Shown here: piece by piece, positions 35,178 to 47,464 of the stretch
How positions within the stretch are numbered: the stretch's first letter is position 1
Layout: every line of letters begins with the position of its first letter
Source of the DNA: Selaginella moellendorffii
Taxonomy: Eukaryota > Plantae > Lycopodiophyta
DNA length: 64,000 nt
Assembly (NCBI RefSeq): GCF_000143415.4
Contig: NW_003314282.1
Span: forward strand, 1,197,374-1,261,373
Direction: 5' to 3'
Position numbers and translations under genes: made by a program
Notes under the pieces: generated by a model
What the model was told of the DNA's origin: nothing
Databases searched by the model: none
Seen by the model: the letters and a program-made list of their open reading frames with translations, nothing else

Positions 35178-35475
35178 CATAAATTTCCGTTGTGCTGCAT
35201 GACTTTGAGGTACTTCTGGGACTGCACAGCGCAGGCTCTAAGCAAGTTGGGGATCCTCCACAGACCTTATCACAGATTCTTGTGCTCCTCTTTACATCGT
35301 GTTCGGTAGGAGATACGAACACTGAACACTTTCTTTGAGCCTGCTTCCATAGGAGTAGCCACCGGATTAGCGTTAAGCATGGAGATGGATAGATTTAACC
35401 AAATAAATATCAAAGAACTTCATAAAAACTTTGTGCTCGTTTGATTACAAACCAAAAGCCATGAAGTACCTATCT

Positions 35476-38400
35476 TCATTCCAGATGCAGCTGGTTCAAA
35501 ACAGCGGTGCTGTTCTCAAACTCTCTCTTCACTTTGACGCGCTCGAAGAACACCGGACAATCTAGCGAGACGCACAGCACCTCGCCACTGGAGTCTCCTC
35601 CTCCACAAGTGTGACAGATCTACCAAAAACAAAATCAGTTCCAGCCAGGAAAAAACAACCACAAACTTACGGCTTGAATGTGTTGGAGCTCTCTTTCGAC
35701 TCTGCTCGCTCGACCACCAAGCACGACACTTATAAGCCGTTTGTCCGACAAGCATCGCTGACAAGTTAGCTGCCGCCGTCCCTGTGTCATGAGATCTCCA
35801 CACACTGCGCAGTGCTGCGATGCGTAGTAATGGTCGATCCTTCCTCTTCGAGCACTTCCTCCTCCGTCATCACCATATTCCTGGTAGTTTTGGCGTGGCC
35901 TTTTCGCAGCAGGAAGCTGATAGACGCGGGACATATCGTAGAGCCATGCTCGAAGATCAACTCCAACGAGGCCAAATACTCTCTGGAGCGCCGGCAAGAT
36001 CTGCTTGTTGATGTAGTAAGTGTCGTGCAGCCGGAAGCCTTTGCTGTCATCCAAGAGCGAGTATGGATCCACCACCATGTCCACGAGACGTGCACCGGGC
36101 TTGCCATGAACCACCACGTACTGGATGCGTTCTCCGTGGCATGGCTCGGCACGGGGATCCACAGCCATGGCTTTGGACGCAACGATGGCCGCTGGAGGCA
36201 GCACTGATGACTTTGTGCTGTAAGTCCCGAGCCGGACCTCCTTTGAGAACACGAAATCCTGGATTGACGTTCTTCCGCTGAAAATCTTTTGCCACTGGCG
36301 CTGCAGGTATTGTTTTACCTGTTGGGAAGAGCAGCACATCAATACCGAACAAGAAAGCGACTACTACCTTTGAAAGATCATATGTTTCAAACAGTAGCCT
36401 CAGAGACTTCTCCATTGTCTTGGCAACAGCAGCACAGCTATCACGTCGCACTGTTTCAATCCCTTTCGCGTCGAAAGTAGGAGTTTCTTGAGTGGGAGAT
36501 TCATAGCTGTATCCCACATAACGCTTCTTTGTCAAAAGAACGCAAGGATGATACACTTTTTCCATCTTCAAGGCCACTGGATGAGGATTCACTGCTGTGA
36601 CAGCGGAAGCTATTTCATGGCCAATCTTAAAGGCCTCGCTTCGCGAGCGTCCTTCTAAAAGTACAAACATACTGCAAACAAGCACCATTAGATACGAAAA
36701 AGCATTTCAGTTCACATGCCTGTCGGTGTCGCCGTAAACAACCCGTGCACCCCAAGCAGGATTGCTGTTCACCATGTTGATTGCTTGCTCTAAAGTATGC
36801 CTTCCAAGTTGAACTATACTGTCAGCTAGCTCTGCGCATGGCATTCTCCCACTGAAACCAGCCGCTGCGTAACCATATGTGACGTTTGCTATAAGCTTAA
36901 GAGCGAACTGCCGAGCATTGAAAATCTGTAAAAACGAAGCAACTGTCATTACATTCGAAAGAAAAAAGATAATTCAACGGACTCGGTGAAGAACTCTCTG
37001 CGATGCATCCAGTTTCTTCATTTTGCCTTTCACCATTATCCGCGTGGAGAGTATTTCTAGCAACAACCTTGGGAGAACTCCAGGAGCAATCTGGTTCAAC
37101 GAGTGTAAGAATCAGCATAAGATTGTGAAACAGATATGGTACCTCAGGTGGAACAAACATGATCCCATTGGGAGTGACGATCAACTTATCCACTAGACTC
37201 CGTAGTAGCGACGGCGGTATCCATAATTTAGTCACCCCGAGAACTTTCGGGTTTAGAGAGATGCATTTACCCAGACACGTCGAGAAGCAAAGGTTGTAAG
37301 CAATTATCATGGAGGGATAGAGTGACTGGAAATCGAGCACTACAACCGGGCTCGTATAGAGTTTCGATTCTGGTTCCAATACAAGTGGCAGACACTCCAT
37401 TGCCGGTTGTGCAGCCACCTACAAGACAATACAATAAGTTGTAAGGAGAAACTTCGTCAATATCATAAGTACCTGTTCTTTAGAAGGAGAGATAGCCAAG
37501 AAATTTTGCGAATGTGCAAGGCGCATCATCATAGATTCGACACGGTACTGCGAGCCCCGAGAAAATACAGAATAGAAGTCGATACCGAACACTCTTGCCA
37601 ACTCTGCGGTTCTATTTACCTGCAAAAACATGTCAGACACAGGCTTGAAATACAGTATGCACTCACAATATCGAGCTGATCAAGGATTTGTAAGTTCAAA
37701 GCCGTTCGGTTGATCAAGTACTCGACGGATCTAAACCTGTTTCCTCCGGCTCCACTTGCAAACCACTTTGTCAGGTCTCGCCAGGAAATACGAGGAACTT
37801 TTCTCTTCAGAACTTCCTCCCCAACGCATTCTATAGTGTAGTTGCTAAGCTTGACTTCTCCTCGCATGATGCGCCACAGGTTTAAGACAGTCCGGCCACC
37901 AACGTAAATTCCACTTCCGTGAGTTCGGCCCCATTCGTCTTGGATGATGGTTTTGTTGGCCTCGGCGATTCCACCAGTCTTCTCACCATCCGAGAAAAAG
38001 GTGCTGCTCAAGCTGTTGTGACCGCTTCTTGGTGGAGTACGAGAGATAGATGCCAAAAGACCAACTCCAAGATTAGCAGCCCGTTCAGCGAGGAATCCCA
38101 AAGAAAGCCTCTGAATCTCCCATCCAATTATGATGTCTGGATCGTAAGCCCGTACCAACTCGATAAAAAACTGCAGAAGAGCTACTTCAGTGGGGAAGTA
38201 GCTTGTATTGGGAGAGCATGAAAGACCATCCGAAGGCCTGTTTAAAAGGAACATCAGTAACAAGCTGGACTTACACAAACAACAAACCTCTTGCCATCTT
38301 GTAACTCTTTATCGTGGATAAGAGCGATAGTCTCTCTTGTTGTTTCTGTATCATCTGCCACAACGATCGCAATGCAGCTGATTGAATCGTAATGCGGATC

Positions 38401-41400
38401 CGGTCGCAAGGAACCGCGTGTTTCAGCAAGAGCCTGCCAATGTTCTCGCATTGGAGTTTCAAGTCGTAAATAAATAAATCAGAAAGGCTTATACCTCTAT
38501 GCTCATGACTGTGACTTGCTGACCAGCACCAGCTGCTGCAGGATCACGAAAACCAGTCTGGCTAGCCGGAGTAAGCCGATGAGCCGCCAAGGACGGGCCT
38601 GTGATCTGAGAAAAATCTCTAGACCGTCGTTTAGCTTCAGCACTCCCTTCCAACGTCGTGTTTGAGTGCTCACCGCTTTGAAACTCGTCCGAAAGTACGT
38701 GCATTTCATTGTACTTTGGAGACGCTGGTCTGCCGGATGGTGTCTCTAGTGTCGATGCTACATGTTCCTTTTGCAAAGAGTTTAACGCGAGGTTTTCTTT
38801 TGCAAGCCACTCACAGACGGAAGAATTCGATGGAGGCGCCAGTGCAGGAGTTAAAAGATGGATAACGGTATCATCAATATCAAATCTCCTCGCAGGATCA
38901 CCAGCAAATATTGCCGCTGTAAAGCAGCAGGCGTTAAAATCAAGAGCACAAAAGCTGAGAAACATACCACTTTTTTCCATATCCTCCGAGCCTCCATAAG
39001 ATACATTCGGGTACTCCACGTCCTTCAGGCCGTAGCTCTTGAAGCTTGCAAGGATATCATTGTTACTTGGAGGCCGCTGGTGAAAAATCATCGCCAGCTC
39101 TCCATTCTTCGGCAAGACTACATCCTTTTCCACTGCAGCAGCTGGCTGTGAGTTTTCGTTGTCACCGGAAGTTTCAACAGGCTCAGTGGTCATGTGACTT
39201 TGCAAGGGAAGAGCTCCATACTGGTTTAACAAGCATTTCCTCAAGCCTTGCGGTTTTACAGCGCTCTCAGTTTCTGGTTCCTGTTGTCTGCCACCTTTCT
39301 GCTTCCCACGTTTGATTCTCATCAAATCACGGACTGAAGTTTCCGACCTGGATTCTCTTGCCTGCTCCTGAGGTGATCCACAGGGACGTAAAGGTACAGC
39401 AACGCTTGCTTCTTCTTTTCCTGGCTTCGCAGGTGATCCTTTGACAGTTATCGGAAGCCGTCCCCAACTCCTGTTACCCACTCTTTTACCCGTCTCAGTC
39501 ACGTCGGCTGGAGGTTCTTCATCCCCTGCTCCATCATACTGCGGAATTCTGATTCCAGAAGTACCTTCTTCAGCTACTAAGACCTCTTTTTCTTCTCCGT
39601 CTTCTTCAAAACAGTCGACAATATCCTGGCACTCCCTTTGCGACATAATCTCAAACGTGGACAACGTTTTCTGAAGTGCCGCTTCTACCCCATCACCTTC
39701 AAAAAGTCTGCATAAGTCGATTTCGCCGTGATCTTGCTCGTTGGCTGCTACCACATCACCTTCACAATTGTTGTTCTGGGAAGACACCATCCACTTGAGA
39801 AGTTCCAGTGCGTCCTCGTCAGCTGCCTGAAAAAGATGTTAGACACGAGGACGACGAAAAGAAAAACGCACCTTCCAAAGGTCGGGTTGAGACGTGCTTT
39901 GAGCCATTTCATTGTGAAGGCTGTCCTCCGGCGTCGGCTTCACCTCTTGGGAGAAGCCTTTCGCAGCCGAAGGAGACCGATACAGATTTGCCGGTTGTGA
40001 GCTTTCAAGTAGATCGTTATCTTGCGGCTGTGGCGTTGCTCCAGACATCCACACGGATTTCAAAATTTCTTTATGAAGAGCCTCCGCAGCAAAATGCTTA
40101 TGCGGCTGTGGAGAAAGGAAGCTGCTCGTCAAGTCCTCTTGCTCCTGTCCCTGTAAAACAAGGGACATGAACGAGATTATTTCTGGAAGAAACATGCCAT
40201 GCACAAAGACGGCAGACTGAAACGATGTCTTACACCGTCTAAGAGCAAGCAGCTTGCGGGCTTCTTCGCACCTCCCAGATAGGTATCAAAGACTGCACGA
40301 GCATTCTTCCAGGATCTATTTGCTCGAGAGGCGTATAAGAAAGTGAATCCTTGTTGAGGATCGCTGCAGCAGCGTCAATGTCAGAATAAGATCTTACAAG
40401 CTAACGTCAAGAGACAAACCTTCTACGGGAGCATCAGCTTCTAGCTCGCACGTACTGCATCTGGAAGGCGACGCTTTATCCTGAGAGAGATCTGACCAAA
40501 CTTGGTGCGATGGAATGTTCGAAGATAACCAAAAATCATGAATGTCGTAATCACTTGACGATGTAAACCAGCTGCCATCGTTTTCAGCGGCTGGAGTGTT
40601 GAGTGCTGATATTTTCCTTTTCCTCTCGTTCGGCGTGTCGGGTAAAGGCGATCTAAAGCGCAAACTCGAGACTTCTAAGAGTCCCATTCCTGCCAGATTG
40701 TAGTCTATCTGAGATTGGAAACATCATTATTATCGAAACAATCACAGCCTTGTCTAACCTTCAATTGCAGCAGGTAAGGGATGTGAGCTTCGTAAGGTTG
40801 GAACTTGCGGTTTAAAATTCCACCACTCTGCAAAGCTTGTGTTACGAGAAACGAAACATCACTGGAGCTTATTACCAGTAGAAACGCGCTCATTTGGCTC
40901 GCTTCTTGAGGGTAGTATCTATGATCAGTCAAGAAAAGCCCATAGAAAAAAGAAAGAGAGAGAGAGATAGAAAGTCCCAAGGATACAAAGTTATTTTGAT
41001 GAATGTGTCCTCGGATGGATGATAGCCGTAAAGCTTTTTCGCTCGAACGAGGTCGCAAGAATGTACGTGTTGTCTCTTGGCTCCAATGGAACTAGCCATC
41101 TGTGCAAAGGTCATACTAAGGCATGTATCAAGTACAATTGAGTGTTACCTTCATAGCTCTCTCGAGAGCCAACGCTAAACGCCGGACAAATGCCATGGCT
41201 GAAAGAAAAAAGATAAATGGAGAAAAGAGATTCGCGTAGTACCTTCTTCTAAGCTCTGAGGAAGATCGTCATCGTAAGGAACATAAAAGTATGGGAGAGC
41301 CTGAAATTGGACAATTGCGAGTGATTTCTCGGCTTCTAAATCATCACTACCTTGTGAAGATGCAAGCAAGTCTTCTGCCCCGCGAGAGTAGAACCATAGA

Positions 41401-41597
41401 TTCTCACTACAGGAACTTCCATCACGCTCCTCCCTGGCAATCTCTCCTTAAATCTCACCGCTAAAACGAAGAAGTCCCAGCTCACCGAAGAAATGCGAGT
41501 AGCACTCGTCCATGTCCACCAGCGGCGCCGCCGTGTAGTAATCCAGGTTCACGATGCGAATGCCGAAGACTCGCTCCCCCTCCTCCAGCTCCGCCAT
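35476..41597 (-). CDS. REV3: DNA polymerase zeta catalytic subunit, multi-exon
   Basis: N-terminus FGIRIVNLDYY, YEAHIPYLLQ, SRGSQYRVES, LDFQSLYPS, KLIANVTYGY, YGDTDS, KKRYVG, C-terminal CysA (CAVC..CQRC) and CysB (CHTC..CVSLDC); stop TGA 35478-35476. Confidence 0.93.
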
Positions 41598-41776
41598 AGC
41601 CCGCGCGGGCGCTTCTTTGACACGAGAAAACGAAGAATTAGGGTTCTAGCGGGAATATCCCAAGAGCATATATTTCGTTGCAAAAAAGGCCCTTTACTGT
41701 TTGCCGAGGCAGTTTTGCGGTTAGGGCAAGCGTTGTGCGATTCGCTGGGAGAGGAGGGATCGCGGCGCGCGCAGCG

Positions 41777-43065
41777 ATGTTTTCCAGGGGGTAAGCTCTC
41801 TCAATCCTTTCGGCAATGCATCAGGATCTATAGGTCATTCCAGTCCCAGTCCTGCATTCTCCGTGTCAAGAGAGAAATTTCTTCCTGGATTGCCTGAAAT
41901 CGCCTGTGTCTGGCACACTAAATCCACAGCTAAGAAGGAACGAGTGTTTCCTACTTGCGAGTCAGTCCGAGAGACAGAGAAAAAAAAAATCGAGAAGAAG
42001 AGTAAGAACAAAGAACTCACAGCACAAAGAATTGTGAAAGAAGAGAGAAAGAGTGTTTGTGTGTGAAAGTTTCTAGAGAGGTTTTTTTCTTTCTTTTTCT
42101 TGTTAAGTGGGATGGGAAGAACAAGCTAGAGCTATGCACACACCCAAAAACAAAAGTTTCAAAGTTTGTTGAGCATCTGTCGATGGGGTGGGCTTTTCTC
42201 TGTTTTAAGGAATTTATTGGGGAGCGGGGGAAGTGCCGACGGATACGAGGTTGCAGCAGCAAAGAGGCAGCGCTTGCTAGACACTGCAGGCTCTTACTTT
42301 GGAAGCTCGCCTCATGCCACTGCTGCTCATGCGAGCTTCATGTACGGGGGCCCCGGATTTGCCTTCCTGGGCCAGCCGCGACCCTTCCCAGTTGTCCGAC
42401 TGCGAGGACTCCCGTTTAACTGCTCAGAGAGTGACGTATTCGAATTCTTTGCAGGCCTGGATGTGGTGGATGTGCTGCTCGTCCGGAAACAGGGAAGGTT
42501 CTCCGGCGAGGCCTTTGTGGTGCTGGGAGCTCCCATGCAAGTCGACTTTGCTCTCCAGCGGAACAGGCAGAATATGGGACGGAGGTACGTAGAGGTCTTC
42601 CGGAGCAAGAAGCAGGACTACTACAGTGCCGTGGCCACGGAAGTTAACGATCCCAGGTCCGGTGATGTCTTGGCGACGCTCGCTTCTTCGGCCGCTGGAG
42701 GTGGCGGTGGCGGTGGCGGCAGCGGCGGCGGTGGTGGTGGTGGTGGCAGCAGCGGGAAGAACAGCTTGTGTGACAAGGATCTGGCCGAGCACACGGGGGT
42801 GCTCAAGCTGCGGGGGCTGCCATTCTCGGCGTCCAAGCGGGATATAGTGGAGTTTTTCCGGGAGTTTGGGCTCAAGGAGGACAGCGTGCAGATTGTAGTT
42901 CACTCGGATGGCCGGGCGACCGGGGAGGCGTACGTGTTTTTCTTGGGACCGGGGGACTCCAAGGCGGCCATGAACAAGGACAAGATGACACTGGGGAATA
43001 GATATGTGGAGCTCTTCCCGTCTTCTCGAGAGGAGGCCAACAGAGCCGCGTCCAAGTCGAGATAG
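41777..43065 (+). CDS. hnRNP F/H-like RNA-binding protein with two quasi-RRMs and a Gly linker; main exon 42210-43065, first exon uncertain
   Basis: VVRLRGLPFNC..GEAFV..RRYVEVF and VLKLRGLPFS..GEAYV..RYVELF; acceptor TTTTAAG ending at 42209. Confidence 0.85.
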
Positions 43066-43656
43066 CCGGCGCTACTTGTATTATCAACCAACGCTTTTCG
43101 AGCAGGAGCAATGCACAGACGTAACAACGATGACAACGACGACGAAGACGACTTCTTTCTTCATCTCAACTCTATATAGGCGGGGGAAAGTAAGGAAAAA
43201 ATACTGTACTCTTTTTTTCTTCCTCTCTCTTTCTCTCTAACGCTTGGGGGGATTCTTTTATACTAGCTAACATCTAGGTGGTGGCCGTGTACGTCTGGGC
43301 CATTGTTACTACATTTCCACCATGAACAAAGATTTTTCTTAAGAAACATAAAACTCTCCGGTATCTCTGGTACTTGGTATTTTTTCCGATTGAACTTGCT
43401 GGTACTGATCCATCTCCTGAAAGTTTTTCACAGACAGAGACACGGAGAAAAACAAAGAAAGCAAAAAACCCGGAGTACCCGGATAAGCTTGACATTACCT
43501 GAGAGAGAGAACTCGGTACAGACAGCAGTTCTAGGACCGACCACCTCAAGGAGCAAGGAGCAAAGGAAAGAAGCTTTTAGAGCACAACTCTATGGATCCG
43601 AGACCGACTAAAAGAGAGGTACCACCTGTAGAGAGCGAAGAAAGTTCAGTCTCTAA

Positions 43657-43698
43657 TCACTCTCTGCTCGAAAGTTTTCTTTCTGAAATCCAAGCAGA

Positions 43699-43732
<34 letters not shown>

Positions 43733-44383
43733 GTAGCAGGAGAAGAAACAGCAGCAACAGGGGCAGCAGTGGTAGTGTTGATGCTGAGAGAAGAGGCAGC
43801 GAGGTCGAGATACTGGAGCCTGTAGCTTAAGTTGTGGGCATTCATTCTCAGCTCACGGTTGCGCAGCATCAACTCGCGATACTCGTTCACAGCCAGGCTT
43901 ACCTTGTACCTGAGGAGCCCGTTTTGCTGGCGGAGATGCTCGAGAAGCTGCGTTGTCTCCTCAAGCTGGATTTGCTTCTTGAGGCGCGAGCGCTTGGCGG
44001 ACTCGCGGTTGGATTGCATCCGCTTCTTTTTTCGCAGCTTCGTCAGATTCTCTTCCTCGTCGTCTTCGTCGCCAGCTTGGTCTTGGATCAGGAAGTCTGG
44101 TAAGGAAACAGAGTCTCTGTGAAGTTATGGCTTTGCATTTCGAGGTACTTACGTTGCTCCAAAGCTCCAGGAACTTTGGAAGGTTTGAGGAGAACTTACC
44201 TTCGACTTCTAGGTGAACTTCTGGCATGGTGACTCCTGAGAGATCATCGACCTGAGGTACAAAGACAAAACTTCGAATCTCACCTTTGAAATCACAGGCG
44301 ATTCCTCCAGACGAGTCACTCGAGAACTCGAACATGGCGAGAAAGCTCTCTGCAAGAAGAAACCTCTGTTGAGATCTTCTCAT
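43657..44383 (-). CDS. bZIP transcription factor (group S/C-like), intron 44199-44097; start codon uncertain (44383, 44335 or 44227)
   Basis: RKKKRMQSNRESAKRSR plus leucine heptads; phase-1 donor GAAG|GTAAGT fits acceptor CCAG|AC; poly-Ala tail from a (GCT)n repeat at 43693-43735. Confidence 0.85.
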
Positions 44384-45454
44384 TCGCTCAAGGAAATAGA
44401 AAAAAGAATGGAACCTGTAGTGTCAGTCATCCAGGAGAAATCCCTATGAGCACGTTTTCTCTCGTTTCCCTCTTTGTGCTCTTATACAACTAGCTTTTCT
44501 CCAAGATCCACGGCCGAGATCAATTGGACCAAAGATTTTTGTTTGCTACGACCACTGTCTAGTTGCAGTGAATTTGATTTGGTCGGGCCCCATTGTCAAT
44601 AGATATCAAAAATTATTCGGCCCCACCCACGAGTTGGATAAGGCATAACTTTGAGCGCGGTTTTTTTCAAACGAAAAGCATATTCCCCATACACTCGGAT
44701 TCCATGTCTCGAGTTTCCTGGCACGAAGATGATACTAAACAAAAACTTGAAAGCAACAATTCCTCCCCGTGATGCTGGATCCAACCTCATCACCACCAGT
44801 TTGTCGATCTTTCAAACTCATAGATCGCCTCCAGAAAACGAGAGTAGAACGTCAGTGCATGAACACTCGAAACTGAGACGTCTTTCTTGAGTTTCCTGGC
44901 GCAGGCATCTGTCGAATATGATCCTAATCGCTAGCTCGCGTAGAACACGCACCTCCTCTTAGCGATATGAAGCTCCGACGACGTTCTTGGACCGCCCCGA
45001 GGCACTGCTTTCGGTCAGCTTGTCGTCCATAAACTTGATATCAATACTAGCGGCAATCCATTCTTGAAGTTCACGTTACGTGTTCGGCCATTGTCATCTC
45101 GTCCTGCGGCCAGAAAGAAAACTCGTGAGATTCCAAAACTAGACAAATAATTCTCCAACCTTGAAGCTCGGCCCCGGTGGAGGAATCCCTGCTGTTGGAA
45201 GAAGTCCCAAACGTGAGATCAGTAAACAAAGAAATGAACCAGAACTAAAGGAAACCTCTCACCTTTGAGCTCAGCCAAAGCTCTGTGAAGTGTATATTAG
45301 AGAACGTAGTACTCCGCGTCTAGAAAAACTGGTGGAGGAACGAAGAATTCTAGCAGCCGGGGCGAAACCCAGAAAAAGCGCGAGCTCCTTCTCGGGAACG
45401 ACGATCGCCTGCCAGTAAATCGGATCACTTTCCCATGTCCAAAAAAGTTTAAAC

Positions 45455-45870
45455 AACACACAAAGAGGAAAACCGAAGTTCCACGAAAAAATCACACACA
45501 AACTTCCATGGTGAAAAGAATCACACACAGACAGGAAAAACCAAGTTCCAGCTCAGAACTAGACACGAAAAAAACTCACACACAAACAGGAAAAACCAAG
45601 TTCCAGCTCAGAACTAGACACGAAAAAGACTCACACACAAACAGGAAAAACCGAAGTTCCATGACGAAAAGAATCACACACAACCAGGAAAAATCCAAGT
45701 GCTAAACGAACTAGACACGAACACAAACAGGAAAACCGAGTTCCATGGCACTGCTAAGAACTAGAGACGAAAAAACTCTTACTCGTTCTACGCCCCTCTG
45801 GGGGACTGCTAAGAACTAGACACGAACACAAACAGGAAAAACTGACGTTCCATGGAACTCGAGACGAGAA
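45455..45870. repeat. Minisatellite, about 6-7 degenerate units of 45-60 bp
   Basis: Recurring ACACAAACAGGAAAAACC(G)AAGTTCCA..GAACTAGACACGAAAAA. Confidence 0.85.
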
Positions 45871-46438
45871 AAATCTTACCGGAGGCCGAGGTCTCTCTAG
45901 GCGCTCGTTGTTTCCAGCCCTCTTGCATCGCTGGATTGACCTACATTGCCTCTATAGTTGCAAATTCGCCAAGGCCTTTGATTCTTGTGAATTTGATAAT
46001 ATGAATATATAAGTAAGAATAAGTAATTATTAATAAAAATATTAGATACAAAGTATTATTTGGAAATATTAACATATTTAGAACAGGAAAAAGTAAAAAT
46101 GGAATTTTTAATACTAATTAGATATTACATGTAAATTAGTGTTTACTGGGATAAATTTATATTAAGATTTTATCAAACAAAAGTAAGAGAATATTGACTA
46201 AAAATAATCATTAATAATTTAGTTACACCCAGATCTAGTTAAGAAAATAATTACTAAGAAAATATTTTATAAAAATATATTATATACAAGTAAATTCAAA
46301 TCTTATATTCTATAGTATTATGTACTAATAAAATATAGCTGTACTTAAAAAAAAGATTTTAAAATACTACTGCTTAATCAAATACTGCATATATTATCTT
46401 GATTTTTTGGTTTTGTTAAGCAAACTTTTAGGGGGAGT

Positions 46439-47464
46439 GGTAGTGAATATACCTAAAATATGCTTGTATATTCCAGGATATTTTACCATTTATTTGTTGT
46501 TATTTATTTAAATTAATCTTGTATTTATAATTTATAAACTTTCCTAAACACTTTCTTGTATTTTCTAGTTTATTCTACCATCTAATGGTTGATATTCAAT
46601 AAGATTAATCTAGTGTTTATAAATTATAACTATATTTATAATTATAAATTTCCATTTGATCAATTTAATTAATAAACATGAGCTACATATAGATATATAA
46701 TATATACTATTGCTTAATTTGTTTTTATTAATAATTGGAGCTTTGATCATGCTTACACACACATAAAACTATAGCAAATTCAAATTTAGTCAATTGATGC
46801 TAGTATCTTTAATATACCATCACCTAGTGTTAGGTTCCATATATTTCAATGATATCTAGACATAGACAAGTTATTATCAGGATGTCTCTGTATAAAGGAC
46901 AAGTAAACATCTTCAAACTTACTGTAACTAAAACTTTTTATAACTAATTCTTTAAGCAAAAATCTTCACCAGCAATAGCACATTCCTAGAGCAAGAATTT
47001 ACATGAATCCTGGTGGTAATCTCTTGGTATTCAACAAAATTTGCATTGTTCTTTGACTCCATGTTTGTAAGTTTTGCTCTGTTCCTTTATTCAGTGGCCC
47101 AAGGCCTTAAAACTTGGGTTCCACAATTGTCCTTTGGACATGTGGCATGTGGCATGTGGTATGTGACATGTGGCATATGGAGGGTTTAAGTTTTGCTTCA
47201 TGGTTATCTTATGGTAAATCACCATAGGATAAAGGGTAAAAACCACATGCACTACATTAATAAAGTTTGTGTCAATTATCAATTGTTATAACATAATAGT
47301 TAGTGTAGAATAATCTAGAATATAATAAAAATGTTTAGGAAAGTTTATAAATTATTAACATATTTATAATTTATAAATACAAGATGAATCTAAATGAATA
47401 ACAACCGTTAGATAGTAGAATAATTTAAATAATATCCAAACATATTTTAGGCATATCCACTACC
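46439..47464. mobile_element. AT-rich fold-back / MITE-like element with imperfect inverted arms (about 46439-46580 and 47305-47464)
   Basis: GGTAGTGAATATACCTAAAATATG vs CATATTTTAGGCATATCCACTACC; TTATAAACTTTCCTAAACA vs TGTTTAGGAAAGTTTATAA; internal (CATGTGG)n at 47139-47180; no TSD seen. Confidence 0.5.

Noticed and set aside
45455-45870. Repeat array resembling CRISPR
   Set aside because: Eukaryotic context, degenerate units, no unique spacers and no cas genes
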